Source: Felis catus (lineage: Eukaryota). Taken from it: 64,000 bases of DNA. The notes under the pieces are model-generated. The model made no database searches. It saw only the letters and a list, made by a program, of their open reading frames with translations, and had not been told where the DNA came from. Below are positions 1 to 13,212 of the stretch, one piece after another (the first letter of the stretch is position 1; each line of letters begins with the position of its first letter). A program made the position numbers and the translations under genes. The stretch covers positions 101,186,001 through 101,250,000 of the forward strand of contig NC_058368.1 in the NCBI RefSeq assembly GCF_018350175.1, read 5' to 3'.

Positions 1-2425
1 GTTTTCCATTCTGTGCTAGACATGGCTGGGCTTCTTTGACTCACATGCCCAGATGTGGTGTGGCCAGGCCTTCCCAGATGATGCACAGTGATGGGTGCTT
101 GATGTCCAGGTACATAGCCAGGGTGGGATCAGATGACTCAGGCAGCGGTTACTTCTCTCTTCCCTGTCTTTGCTCTCTGTTCAGACGTAGTCACCATCAT
201 TCACGAATAAGTTGAATTTAAGAATTAGGACTTCAAAAAAATTAGGCCCTTCATAGGCAAAGTAATCAAGTTCGTGGCTTCTTAGTAACGATGAGGCAGT
301 CCTTAAATTACTCCATCGTATCCGAATTGATTATTGGAGATACGGGCAAAATTGGGGAAGATACCCACTCACTTTGATGCACTTGTTTTAGGCACCTGAT
401 TTGCTTTTTGCCTATAGTACTGGAATAGCTCTTTTCAGTTCTAGAATCTAGAATGCGGTCTTTGCACCAGCAAGTTTGGAAGTAGAAGATACTCTCTATA
501 ATTCTTAACCACATGAGTGAATTGCCAAGAAAGAGGAAGAACTCACTTTCAGTATCAAATTTGTGTATGACGGTTGCGAAATTTGGAGCGTTTTCTCTTA
601 TTTTCCATGACTTATTTTCAGACTTACAGCTGCTGAGTGTACATATTTTCTTCAGTTATTGACTCCATAAATCAGTTGGCTTTCCATCTTTGGCAGTTGG
701 TGGCCATTCAGCCGTATACAGTGATAAAGCTTGGAACCTGCCGGTCAGACACCATTTCCCCTCTCTTTGAAAAACGCACACGCTTTTATTTTGATAGGAA
801 AATTGTGCTAGAAAACCAGGGGCAAAAAAGACATCGAAGACAAAGTCGGAAGGAAAACAGGTTAGAGTTTCAAACACGTCCAAATTTGAAACAGGCCCCA
901 GAATCCGAGGTCCAAAAGATTTTTCACTCAACGGACTGAGTATTTGGCCATGAAACCCAACCCATCTGAACCTTCATCAAAAGAGACTTTGTGTGTCTAT
1001 ATCCGTGAGCTTTTCCATGGGAGAGACCATCAAAAAGTCTCTGCCTTGATATAAAGGAAAAAGATCCGGGGACGCTTAGAGTTGCCAGATCGCCCTTTTT
1101 CATGACCACGCTGTTTACACTAAATGCAGAAATAAATTCCATTTGCCCTAGCCAGGTAAGAAATTAGCACTCAAGATCAAAACACATCCGTGGGGGTCCT
1201 GGGGCCACGGAAGTGTTATTTCTCGATTCTGTTCTGTTAATACTTTGCAAACAGACTCCCAATTCTTGTCTTCCTTTTTCCCAGGCTACTAACTTTTTCT
1301 TTGCCCTGAGTGGATTCAAAAGGAAGAAGCTGTTGGCATCTACACGCCCCAAGGGTTTATTTAGGAACTTCATAAACACTAGGGGTTTTGCATTAGCTTA
1401 TGACCTAGGCCAGGGCAGCTGAAATCCCTTTTGCTTGAACCAGGAGTTAGAAATCCCTTTTCTCTTCTGTTTTTCTGCTGCAGAAACCCTCAACAGTCCT
1501 ACTGGGGGGGCTCCAGAAAGGGGTAGGCAAAGCCTTCAATCTCAGTGGATTATTTTTTGATGAACCTGTCGTCTTTTTTTGTCTGCAGAAAGTATCTTTC
1601 TAATGCTTATCTTTATGTTGCCTCCTTTTTCTTTTCTCCTTGGGTTTTGTTTTGTTTTTTGGGGGGTTTTTTTTTGGTGGCACGTTTGCCTTTTAGCCTC
1701 CCAGGTGTACCATCAGCTGCTCACATTTGTGTCGTTTTGAGTATCATTGTTTGTAACTGGATGTGGTGGTACCAGAGGGGAAAGTAACCCTAGAAGGTGC
1801 TCTTTGGTGGGAGGAGCCTGGAGATGATCCATCACCGTGATCGTTTGTTTTCAGTGTGTCCATGTTCTTGTGTTCCACTGTCCCCCTGCCCCCAAATGCG
1901 AAGCTTCTGTTCTTTTTAGGGTTTCGTGTTCTCCAGGTCCTTTTGGCTCTGTACTTTCACCGCTTTCCTGCAATCTTTTCCTTCTTACATACAGCTGCAT
2001 TTGCTTCTCACTCCGCGTGGCCAGCAGTGACCTAAGTAGCACTCCCTTTGAAGTTCTGGAAGATGTACACGTGGGCAGACTGACGTGGGGCAAGGAGAGA
2101 ACGTGGCCCCAGCTGAACGAGTTTTGTCCTGGAGGCTTTCATGCCATGAAAGAAAAAAATCAAAGGATTAATATTTTAAACCAAACCACACTTAATTTTG
2201 TTAAGTGCTTCATCCTTTTTCTTTGTGTACACAAAACCGATTACAGACCCCAAGTAAATGAATTGCACATTTTACTGGGGTAATCGTTGGTGTAGTTGCT
2301 GCCAGTTACAGAGAATGCCAGGGGATGTACAAAATTTGTCTTTTTGCTTGCTTTCTGTTTAAATGTGTACCAGCATCGATAGATGCTAACTAACTTGACT
2401 CAGGCTTTGTCTGGCTTTTAGTTAC

Positions 2426-2626
2426 TTTTTTTGTTGTTAATATTTGTTTATTTTTGGGAGAGCACAGTAGGGGAGGGGCGGAGCGGGGAGGAAGGAGGAT
2501 TGGAAGCGGACTCTGTGCTAACAGGATGACAGCAGCAAGCCTGATGTGGGGCTCAGACTCTAGAACTGGGAGATCATGACCTGAGCTGAAGTCACATGGT
2601 CAACTCCTGAGCCACCCAGGTGCCCC
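2426..2626 (-). mobile_element. Can-SINE (diverged)
   Basis: T-rich tail; ends gagccacccaggtgcccc. Target-site duplication (TSD) tgg(c/t)ttttagtta. Confidence 0.9.
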
Positions 2627-2714
2627 TGGTTTTTAGTTAGTTTGTCACTGCGTATGGGGCACCACACTCTGGTTTTTCATGAGGCTTTGATATTTCTATG
2701 TTGAAACTCACGAG

Positions 2715-2870
2715 ACTATTTAAGTTTGAAGTAATCAAAATGGGGTAAAATAGTGTGCCTAGTTCTCAGTCACCCTAATCACATTTCAGGAGCTGAACAG
2801 CTCCAGGTGGCTCATGGCTCCCATGTTGGACAGTGCAGATAACATTTCCACGATCGGACAACAGTGCTAG
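2715..2870. mobile_element. hAT-Charlie MITE fragment (MER3-like)
   Basis: cacatttcaggagct...gtggctcatggctcccatgttggacagtgcagat...catttcca resembles recalled MER3. Confidence 0.65.
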
Positions 2871-5221
2871 ATGTCTCCAGTAGTTAAAAAAAAAAAAAAA
2901 AAAAAAAAAGCCATAAGCTTCTTCTGGTTGTGAAATGTCATCACTTTGTGAGGAATGCTTGTTGCGTATATTTTCAGAATAACGAAATGGCGTCTGTGTA
3001 TGATGATGTGGGGGGAGCTTTCTTAGAAAGTATATTCACATTTAGCTCTTGAGTCGCCTAAGATCCTGGGAAGAGGGGAGCTAAATGCGGTGCCTGATGA
3101 TGTCAGTCCTTCCATGCTCCTGCCAGTAGGACACATCATAGGGAGAAAGAACTTTGGAGTTGAAATCGATTGGATCTGCAGGTTTAGGACAGGAAGCCTA
3201 ACCTTTTGGCCGCACCTTGACACGTTTACGAGAATGTTAGTTATCAGAATAAAAAGCAGAGTAACGGCAATGAATCCTGTGCCCTCAAATCACTTCCGTT
3301 GTAAACTGTGAGCCTTAATTCCTCTGGCCAGTTGTTCCAAAGAAGATTCCATAGCGGTGGTCATGTTTTCGAAGGCCTGCCCTTGGACTTGGAGATTTCT
3401 TTCCGTTTTGAATGTATGCCTACATCCTTAGGTGAAACCCTTTGATGCAGTCAATGTTAAAATTACTTTTGAATCTTTTCCTTTCATTCATACTTTTTTT
3501 GTGGGAAATAGTGAAAATCCAGGAAAAGAAGGAATCTTGTCTACTTGCTATGTAACTCCCAGACTTTCTGAAGGCTAACTTCCTGTAAATTTCTAGGCTG
3601 CGAGAGACAATCTGTTATTAGAGTGGCAAGTCGAGTTCACATTTTAGTTCTGAACTCTACGTAAAGTCAGCTTCTGCAGAGGTGACTGTAAGCGTGGGGT
3701 ATAAAATCTTACTCTTCAGGATATCTGAGAATGAAGGGATATTGCTTTGTTTCTTGAGATCAGTTCAAGTAAGGTTTGGTTCTCCATCTTGGTCCTGGAT
3801 TTTCTGGTTGCCCTGACTTCTCAACTGTTTACCAAATAAGATTAAATGGGTCGTATTCTAATTAGTATGTATACTCACAAAACCAAGGAAGGCTCTCCGT
3901 GCAGGGAACTGGCTGGTGCACACAATACAAGATGGAGGTCATGTTGTTGATACTACGCCTTGGGGGGCTGTGTCTTGGGACAGATTCTCAGGCTGCACAT
4001 GTTGGTTGATTGTCTGGAAGCAGGACCAGAGCATGATGGGAGGCTAGAGAGCAGGTAAATCACTACGTCCCTCTTAGCGGAGAGACGAGGAAACCGTGAG
4101 GAAGTGGACTTACCAAAGTCTCCCAGCTGACTCAGGCTAGGGGCTGAAGCAGGACTCCCCGGTGCTGCTTTCCCTGTCGTGCAGACCCTTCCATGAAGTC
4201 AAGCTAAATTCCACGAAGTTTTTAAAGTTGTGCCTTAGGTCACTGGACACCTAGCAATTGCCTCTCAGGCCGTAGTATTGGGCAAAATGGATGTGTTAGA
4301 ATTCTCTTTGTCTTTCCTTGGTATTACCTTGATAACAGACTTCAGGATAAGCCTCCCCATGGTCATTTCCACTCTTCGGTGTGTAAATCTTCGCGACTGT
4401 GACTATTAACATAAAAAGGATGGATTGACTCCTGACTATGGGAAATAAATCACCCCAACTTTTGACAGCAGAGTTAGAAAAAAAAGAAAAGAAAAGATTA
4501 ATTGGCTTTATTTAGTGGCTTATTGTTTATTGTGATAGCTATTAAAAATAGATAACCAGAGGCTAATAACTGTTAATGGTCCCTTCACTATTAGAAAAAT
4601 CAATTGTCAGTGGATATAGCATATATTAATAAATTATTTTGTTTATAATCTTCAATAGTTTAAAAAGTTCACTCCTGAGAGAATGATTTCTTGAGGAACA
4701 CTTTAAGGTTAACGGTTACTATAAAGAACAGACTTGGCAGGCAGACGTTTGCATTTACATATCATATTAATGGCTTTCAAAGCAATATTTAATAATTGTA
4801 ATAAAGTGCACGTGCAGTTTATCAAGATTGATAAACTCCTTTACCAAGGACGCTTATATGTATTTTTTGAAACTTGTTTGAGAGCAGTTAAATAGATTTC
4901 TAAATGTAAGTAATTAAAATTGTATAGTATTGAGTTATTGACCAATCCTGGACTATTAATCAAGCTAAAAAATTCTACAATCAGTGCTCAGCGTGCTGAA
5001 GCCTGGTAAAATAATAGTATTTGTGTTCAGTGAGGCAAGTAGCCACAATTAAGCACTTCACTTGACAAATGAGAGGGTACACTTTATTTTGCACTTAATT
5101 GAATTGTTTTACATGCTCGCTCGCCATTGTCTCCTCGTCCTTCGTCTTGGTTTCTGGTCTTTGGAGCCTACGCATTTGTGAAAGCTAGAGCAATTAAATC
5201 TGCTTTTGCCATTGGCTTTCT

Positions 5222-5457
5222 TTTTTTTTTTTTTTTTTTTAATTTTTTTTTTTCAACGTTTATTTTTGGGACAGAGAGAGACAGAGCATGAACAGGGGAG
5301 GGGCAGAGAGAGAGGGAGACACAGAATTGGAAACAGGCTCCAGGCTCTGAGCCATCAGCCCAGAGCCTGGCCTGACGCGGGGCTCGAACTCACGGACCGT
5401 GAGATCGTGACCTGGTTGAAGTCGGACGCTTAACCGACTGCGCCACCCAGGCGCCCC
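5222..5457 (-). mobile_element. Young felid SINE (SINEC_Fc)
   Basis: CpGs retained; perfect 15-bp TSD TGCCATTGGCTTTCT at 5207-5221 and 5458-5472. Confidence 0.97.
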
Positions 5458-6144
5458 TGCCATTGGCTTTCTAAATGCAGCCAGAAACGTCTGGGCCACA
5501 AAGCAGGGCTTCGTGAGTGCTGTTAATATCGCTCATGACAGATTATTAATTTTCCTCACAAAAATTTTGATAAATTAGAGTTCCATCGAAGAAGGATGAG
5601 AACTAGTTTTGTGAGTGGGGAGAACTCCCCAGGGTTTCTATCACTCACCGGACTCTGCTTAAGTAAGCAGCAGAACTCTGGTAGAGCAGACAGAAGTCTA
5701 ATGTCTTTTATGAAAACCCCAAATCGATTTACTTCTCGTGAACTGGAAAGAATGTTCTCTGATAATCTCGCTAATTATCAGGTATTTGTCACAACTTCCT
5801 TCCATTGGCTTTCCCATCACCGTCCTCCCTCTGCAGACACAGGAACATCCTGTCATGTCTGTGCTGCTCTAAGTCGTTGCTTGCCACGGATTAAACTGGA
5901 GAGCTCAAGTTTAAGAAGATGACCCACAATGGATAAATATTAGTGTATGTGTGTGGGGTGTGTGGGTGTAAAGAGTAAGTACCAGTCAGGACTTTTGTCA
6001 CAGACAAATTGGGGTGCACACCGGTGTTGACACACTATCAAATGTCTACGTTGTAGACCCCAAGGCAGTTGCGTATTTATTGAAACACACAAGAAACTTG
6101 CCCACTTCTCTGCATATTTACCTCAGAATAAAGTCCTAACACCC

Positions 6145-6310
6145 TGCGGTGACCTTGGCTTCGAGAGTTTATTTCCCCTGAGGACAGTTGGGCCTCAGTT
6201 TTCTGAACCGACAGAGATAGTAACAGCGGCTTTCCCTGCCCCTGAGGATTATTGTAAAGATTACACTACGTAATTGTTCGTAAAGCACTTTGAAAAGTTA
6301 AAAGTGTCAC
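6145..6310 (+). mobile_element. MIR/MIR3 relic
   Basis: gtgaccttgg...gggcctcagttttct...gaggattattgtaaagatta...gtaaagcactttgaaaa. Confidence 0.65.
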
Positions 6311-6687
6311 GGAATCATGAGAGACAATTCCGTATCTTCTCTGGTACCGTTCCTGCTTAATCACGCCCATACTCTCCGTGCTCCCCAGAGTGCCTTAATA
6401 GTTGCCTCGGGTGGGGATAAAAACAAGAAAGCGAGGGTTCTTGAAACGGGATGGTTGATACCCGCAAGGAATATTCATTTGGGAGTACTGATGTGTCTCA
6501 GAAGCTCCGTGAATTGTGTTCCCAGGGCCACAGGCGCGGTCTTGGGGACCCAGCCGCCAAAGCCTTGGGTGCGGTTTTAAAAACAGAGAAAATGTCAGTG
6601 GCAAGTTAAGGCCCTTGCCTCGTGACGCTGATTTTTGCCGACTTGACACAGACAGTGATGACCAGGCAGTCTCTTTATTTGTTTCAG

Positions 6688-6864
6688 ACCTTACCAGTGT
6701 GGTCACTGCTCGCAGTCCTTTTCACAACCATCAGAGCTGAGGAACCACGTGGTCACTCACTCCAGTGACCGGCCCTTCAAGTGCGGCTACTGCGGTCGTG
6801 CCTTCGCCGGGGCCACCACCCTCAACAACCACATCCGAACCCACACTGGAGAAAAGCCCTTCAA
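6688..6864 (+). CDS. PRDM6: PRDM6 penultimate coding exon encoding two C2H2 zinc fingers
   Basis: Acceptor ctctttatttgtttcag|A and donor AA|gtgagt. Translation (R)[58 protein letters not shown](K) has two CxxC-x12-HxxxH fingers and a TGEKP linker, and matches my recollection of the PRDM6 C-terminus. 177 nt, phase 2-2. Missed by the ORF track. Confidence 0.95.
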
Positions 6865-7166
6865 GTGAGTAGAGCCTGACCCTTCACCCACCCCTTTCCT
6901 TCTAGCCTTTTCCAAGAGCCAGCAGACCAGCTGGCACGGTGCCACTCAGCTCAGCCAGTGGAGAAGGTTTTGCAAGGTGAGCATCCAGGCTCCGAGAGGA
7001 CTTCCTTGTTTGGTGGTTGGCATTAAAAGAACGATGTCCGGAAGCCTATACCCTGATCCTGGCTCAGGCTGTGCGGCCATGGACACAAGATGATCTTTTC
7101 TGGGTCTGCTTCCTCATCAGTAAAATAAGGGAGAAGGAGTAGGTCATTTTAAGATTCTAGTTCCTT

Positions 7167-7375
7167 GGGGAGCCTGGGTGGCTCAGTGGGTTGAGCGTCC
7201 GACTTCATCTCAGGCCATGATCACGCGGTTCATGGGTTTGAGCCCTGCGTCTGGCTCTGTGCTGTTAGCCCAGAGCCTGGAGACTTTTCAGATTCTGTGT
7301 CTTTCTTTCTCTCTGCCCCTCCCCCGCTCACACTCTGTCTCTCTTTCTCTCAAAAATAAACATTAAAAAAAAAAG
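7167..7375 (+). mobile_element. Can-SINE
   Basis: ggggagcctgggtggctcag head, (CT)n, A tail; TSD AGATTCTAGTTCCT. Confidence 0.95.
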
Positions 7376-7834
7376 AGATTCTAGTTCCTGAGGGTCTGTG
7401 CTTCTAGAATTTAAGCGGAGAGCACCTACAGTGTCCTCTTTTGGCCACCAGCAAGTTTATGACCGTGGGTGAGGTGACCCCAGTTTAGGACATTTAAATA
7501 GTGATCTCTTGGGGAACTTGAACGTTTTAGGATTCTGGTGAACTATTTCCTCCTCTTCCCCATCTGTTAAAGTGGTTTGACTCTGTGACAGTGGCCAACC
7601 TGTGGCCTTTCCAGTGTGTTCTTTGGATCTTAGAATTACGATATTGGTGAAACAAAACAGGACCACATACTGGGCATGTCTGAATTCTTGAGGATTCAGG
7701 CAATGTGGGAAGAGGTGAGAATGAATTCCGAGGGCTTTGGCAAGGTAAGAGCATCTGAGTGAAAGACTGTTTCTAGATACGGCACAGTCATGAAAACAGT
7801 GGACATCTGAATCATGCAAGGTGACCTGTTGGTT

Positions 7835-8250
7835 CACGCACTCGTTCAGTCGTTCATTTATCCATGTATGCATTCATTCATTCAGCACATACCTACTGAA
7901 CGTCTTCTTTTGTACTAGGCACCCACCTAGTCGCGGAAGATACAAAGGTGAATGCATCTCCACTTCCCGGTCTTTGAAGACCACATAATTTATGGGGGAA
8001 GCCCAGTTCATAAACAAGTATGATAACATAGGGTAAAGACTGCAAAAGTGAAGAGCAGGAAAATAATATATATATATATATGGCCACAGGATAGCACAGA
8101 AATGGAGGGGTCAGTGCTGTCTGGGAGAGATAATGTTGAAGATACGTCTTGAAGGATGAATAGGAGTTTTCCAGATAGACAAAGGAAAGAGGTATTTCTG
8201 GCAGCCCAAGTAGGTGGAAAGGGAGTGTGGACTAGCACATTGGACTTGGT
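7835..8250 (-). mobile_element. LINE-2 3' relic
   Basis: (cattc)n-type end followed by cttgaaggatgaataggagttttccag, as in L2. Confidence 0.7.
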
Positions 8251-9567
8251 CTGGTCAGTTGTCTCTAAGCAACTTCTCCTGTCTTTGTGATGAACTCTGC
8301 TGTTCATCCCTCTCTGTCTCTACTCATTTGCCGTACTGGCTTTCGGTGGTTAAGAAGGAGGATTAAAAGGACTTAGACGTACAGCCTATTCATTTTCTTT
8401 AGGACAAGTTCAAGCCAGAAGGGAAATAATTGAGGCAATAAGAGATGAATCTTGCTCAGTCTCAGCCAAGGAGTCTTGTAGGCTCTCATTACCCATAATT
8501 TTCCATTTGGACCTATTGGCATGGGATGTCATTGCCATGGTGCTCAACCCCCGAGGCTGAGCTTGTCTCAGGGTGGCACAGTCCTGCTGGCCCGGGTCCT
8601 GCCTGCCTTGGTGTCTGCCATCGGAGGGAGGACTCATCAAAGATGGTCGTCTTTGCTTACCTCCCATGAATTAGTTACCTTTATTCATCATCCTTAACTC
8701 GTTTTCATCCTGGTTTAATTTGTGATATATATTGGTAGTAAAAATAGTTTTAATTGTTGTCTGTGTACATAGGTGTAGCTTGTTGACTGTGCAAAAGCAT
8801 CTGGCTAAGGGGGATGGGAAGAGATCTGAAGTCAAGCCTGCATTGCCCCGGCCCAGCTGGACCCTCTAGGGCTGTGATCGCCCAAATGGACCTCTTTTCT
8901 TCTAATCTCCCCTCAGGGCCGGTGGTTAGCACGGGTTCTAGAGTTTGGTGTACTCTTTCCTTGCCCTCAGTCCTGACCCCTCAGAGGGTTAGCACGTTCT
9001 GGCTTCATCACTGCCCTGGATGTGGAAGATGACAGCAGCACATTTCCAGGGCCTTTGAGCAAGAGCGCTTTGCAAAAGCAAAGACGTACGATTGACGATC
9101 CTTCCGGCCCCTTACATTAGAGAGGGCAGCCGGACAGACACAGTGCCAGGAATCAGATTGATTTTTATCTTGTTGCTGTGTAAATAGATTTTAGTAATTA
9201 ATTGAAGAGGTTTCAGGGTCAAAATGCGAAATAGATTTCTATTAATGTTAAGGTGTTACTTATGTGTAACCTCGTTGACTCCAACTCAATTTTTTTTTCT
9301 CTAACATCCTGTTTTTGTCATGTTTCCAATAGCGTTGCCATTTTAACTTACTTTGAATTCATCAGGTTAATATTTGAGGGGCTTTAATAATTGTATCATT
9401 TACCTTTCCAAAGGTGTGTTTTTGTGACCATCACGTAATTTCATCTGGAAAACGAATTAAGAAAAGCATGAGAATTGGTTGGATTAGATTCTGTGTGTGT
9501 GTTTTAGTTCATTCTGCCTTTACTCTTATTGGGATGATGGCTACATGCTATATGTATGGTTGGGTAG

Positions 9568-9570
<3 letters not shown>

Positions 9571-9603
<33 letters not shown>
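9571..9603. repeat. (TG)n microsatellite
   Basis: Seen directly. Confidence 0.95.
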
Positions 9604-9606
<3 letters not shown>

Positions 9607-11665
9607 TAGTTTATTAAATATATATTCCCAGGGGAGAACTGAGTGTATGCTGTTTTTAATAGTGCAAAACTTAAACATCTTCTAGGAAATGGAAAACTAA
9701 ATCCTTCAGTGTATACAATCAGATCGTTCTGGATTGAACTATCCCAAGGGAGTTTTGGGAAGCTTCTCACCATTGCCCACAGATATCCATCCCACGGACA
9801 TTTGTAAATATTATGAAGATACTCTTTTACAAGCTCATAAAACAAACATTCAAAAAAACCTTTGTTGCAGATTAGTCAATAAAAACGGATTTCACCTCAA
9901 CAGTTAATTTTACTACTTCACCTAATGGGTATTGGCTTAAACAACGTTACAAAGAAGGAAAAGAACCTCGTAAAGCTGCAGAATCCTAAACTGTATGCCT
10001 TGAGCAACTTGCACCTAGATGCCTCCAGTGGCTCAGTCTCCAAATTGTCCCACCCGCCCAGGGCCCCGGAGGCTTTCACAGAATTTTCAGGAGCCTGCCA
10101 TGACAGGGGAGAGCCCTTTCCAAGTTCTGAAATCTGCTGGGATGTGGGTTTAGGCAGATCAAGATTATTGCTGCCCAAAGAAGGCTGGAGAAGATATGGC
10201 GTTAAGAGATCAGAGTCTCAGTGTAGGATTTGCCTTGAAATCTGATTGGCTGAGAGCCCACTGAAATACTCCACCCCTCAAGCTGCAGGTAGATCGTGGG
10301 CCTGTTGGCAGCCAACTTGGGTATCTACTTAGAACTTCTAAAGTAAAAGAGCCCATAGGAAAAAAATACCTATCAAAGGAGCATGATGAAGGTCTTGGCT
10401 TTCAGTTTGTACGGTGACACTGGAAGTCATGGACAGTAAGGAGCAAAAGCAAGACATCATTTCATTTAACAGCATTTGCCAAGCTCTTTAGTGAAAAGAG
10501 GAAAGAAGGAAGGAAGTGAATTGGCATCTAAAACTTCTTTATAGTAAGGACTCCTTTTTCCTTCTCTATTACTAAACATTAACCATAATCTCTGAAGATT
10601 TTAGGGGGGCGGGGCTGCTTAGCTCTGCCTGGAGGACCCCATGTGAACTGCTTGATGCCCAGCTTTGGAGTCTGGGAAGACCAAAACTTCCCACAGGAAA
10701 GGTTCTTCTGTTCATGTCTGTTAGAAGCAGGGGAAAAATACTCATCCGTACGTTTTTGCCTCAAGGAAAGACAGATTGGCTCAGTATATACATTAAAAAA
10801 AAAAAAAGGATATTCCAAAGATCATCTAATATTTTAACAAGATTCATGCAGCAGAGCAAATAAAAAGAGCACATCAGTAAATATGCATTGAGCACATCGT
10901 ATGTACAAGCCCTGTGCAGTTCGGTCCAATCGAACAAGCGTTTGGTGACAGTCTGTAGAGGCACGAAAGAGAGCTTCTTGGAGCTTCCATTCTGTGTAAC
11001 AGAACTTGACCTCATTTTGGCCTCTGTCAGCGTCAGGTGGTCATGGTTAGGCTCCCTGTACCTGTAATCCAGTCACCTATCAGATTAAGTAAAGAATGAT
11101 TTCCAATCTAAAAGGAAATCAAATATAACTAAGATACCCATATTCATAGAAAATTGGGGGTTTCTCTGTGCTGGAATATTTGGATGACTTTCCACATCAT
11201 CGTTCACGCAGTGTTCCTTTCGTGGCTGTGACATCCGCATAGTGAGGAAGACGTGTGGGCAAGAGCATTTCTTTGCTCCCAGCTCATTACCCTCGTCGTG
11301 CTTTGCTACTTTTTCTGCTGCACTCGATGAAGTCCAGGGTTAGAGGTACCCGCTCCCCCATCTGTGATATAGTTCAGGGTTAATTACATGCCAACACGGA
11401 TGAAGTCTGGCTTTGACTTGCCAGAACCCAGGTATTTACATGGAGTCCTTCTGATGAGTTTCATTAAACTATGAAAATAACTTGTGAATGGATTTTTTCT
11501 AAAATTAAAGGTGATGAATGTAAAATGGAGGCTCATTCCTTATTTAAAAGATTATTTCTGTATCCGATTGTCTTCATTTCCTCATTTGGTAAGGAACCAA
11601 CCCACACCGATACACATATCTGCATGTATTTTCATTCACACTTGGAGCAGATGGCAGTAGAGATG

Positions 11666-11944
11666 ATTTATTTTATTTTATTTTGTTTTATTTTACTTTA
11701 TTTTGTTTTACTTTTATTTTATTTTATTTTATTGTATTTTATTGTATTTCATTTTACTTTATTTTCTCTTAGAGAGAGAGTATGTGCAAGCTGGGAAGGG
11801 GGGCGGGGAGAGAGAGAGAATCTCAAGCAGGCTTCATGCTTAGCACAGAGCCTGACTTAGGGCTCAATCTCACAACCCTGGCATCATGACCTAAGCTGAA
11901 ATCAAGAGTCAGATGCTCAATCGACTAAGGCACCCAGGTGCCCC
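11666..11944 (-). mobile_element. Can-SINE with expanded degenerate (TTTTA)n tail
   Basis: Ends ggcacccaggtgcccc; TSD agatgattt. Confidence 0.9.
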
Positions 11945-12752
11945 AAGATGATTTCTCAGTGAGGACCTTGGGAGTCCTATAGACAGACTTAGTAGATTTT
12001 CTTTTGCAACAAGTTATTTCGAGAGAGTAAGTATCTAGGAGGCCAGTTAGGCACACGCTTGAGAGTTATGTAATTCTCCTCTTAATGTTTCCGTCCAGCC
12101 TAGATAGTTAATTATTACGTTTAGATGTACATTTGTGCCTTATATGAAGCACTAACCTTCTCACTTGTGAATTCTTTATCTTCTCATATACAAGGTTAGA
12201 GGTGCAGAAGTGTGACCCAGGTACACGGTCTTTCCTTGTAATTTTCAAACAGTTTGCTTTGAAATGGATTCTGAAGCTTCAGAATTTTTTTTTTTAAAAG
12301 GAATATAATAATTTGAAAGTTGGTCAGCCGTGAAAGGTAGTATATTCTGACATGCTGATCCAGTAACTGATCGGTTCTCTAATAAACGATCAGCAATGCG
12401 ATAACATGTCACCAGCCCTCCGGGAGCCCCACAGAGAGGATGAGCTAACCGTGGACGCTAATGAATACACCAAAAATCATTAGCTGATCAATACTTCTGA
12501 GTTATTTTCATTGAGCTGATAGGTCTGATACATTAAAGCTGACATTATACATTTGTCAAGATCACAGTGCAGTTTTTAACAGTGGAACGGGCTGCTAAAA
12601 ATATTCCCCGGAAGACAATCAAAGAAACACAACTTCTTCACCCTGACACGTTCAGATGGAACGGGAGCCCTGAAAAATCCAAGCGTGATGGTCAAGTCCC
12701 AGGCTCCCAGCATTAAAAAATATACAAGAATCCCCAAAGTGGATGGATATGT

Positions 12753-12753
12753 T

Positions 12754-12800
<47 letters not shown>

Positions 12801-12802
12801 TT
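12753..12802. repeat. (TTTA)n microsatellite
   Basis: Seen directly. Confidence 0.95.
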
Positions 12803-12994
12803 GTAATTATCTCTGTGGCTAGTTACTTTGTATATAAGGTACTAATAAAAAGAAGAGAGGCTCGTCCCCCAGATAATGGGGCACATGGCATATGATGGAG
12901 CAGTGAGGGCTTTGTCTTGAGAGCTTTGCCACAATCCAGTCATGCAGGGACCTGAGACCAGTGACTACATTAGTTAAGAGAGGGACAACAGTCA

Positions 12995-13212
12995 GGGTGC
13001 CTGGGTGGCTCAGTCAGTTGAGCGTCCCACTTCTGCCAAGGTCATGATCTCACGGTTCGTGGGTTCAAGCCCGACTTCAGGCTCTGTGCTGACAGCTCAG
13101 CGCCTGCAGCCTGCTTGGGATTCTGTGCCTCCCTCTCTCTCTGCCCCTCCCCCGCTCGCACTCTGTCCCTCTGTCTCTCTCAAAAATAAGCATTAAAGAA
13201 TTTAGAAAGAGA
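12995..13212 (+). mobile_element. Can-SINE
   Basis: Head with A/B boxes, (CT)n; TSD gagggacaac(a/t)gtc. Confidence 0.95.
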
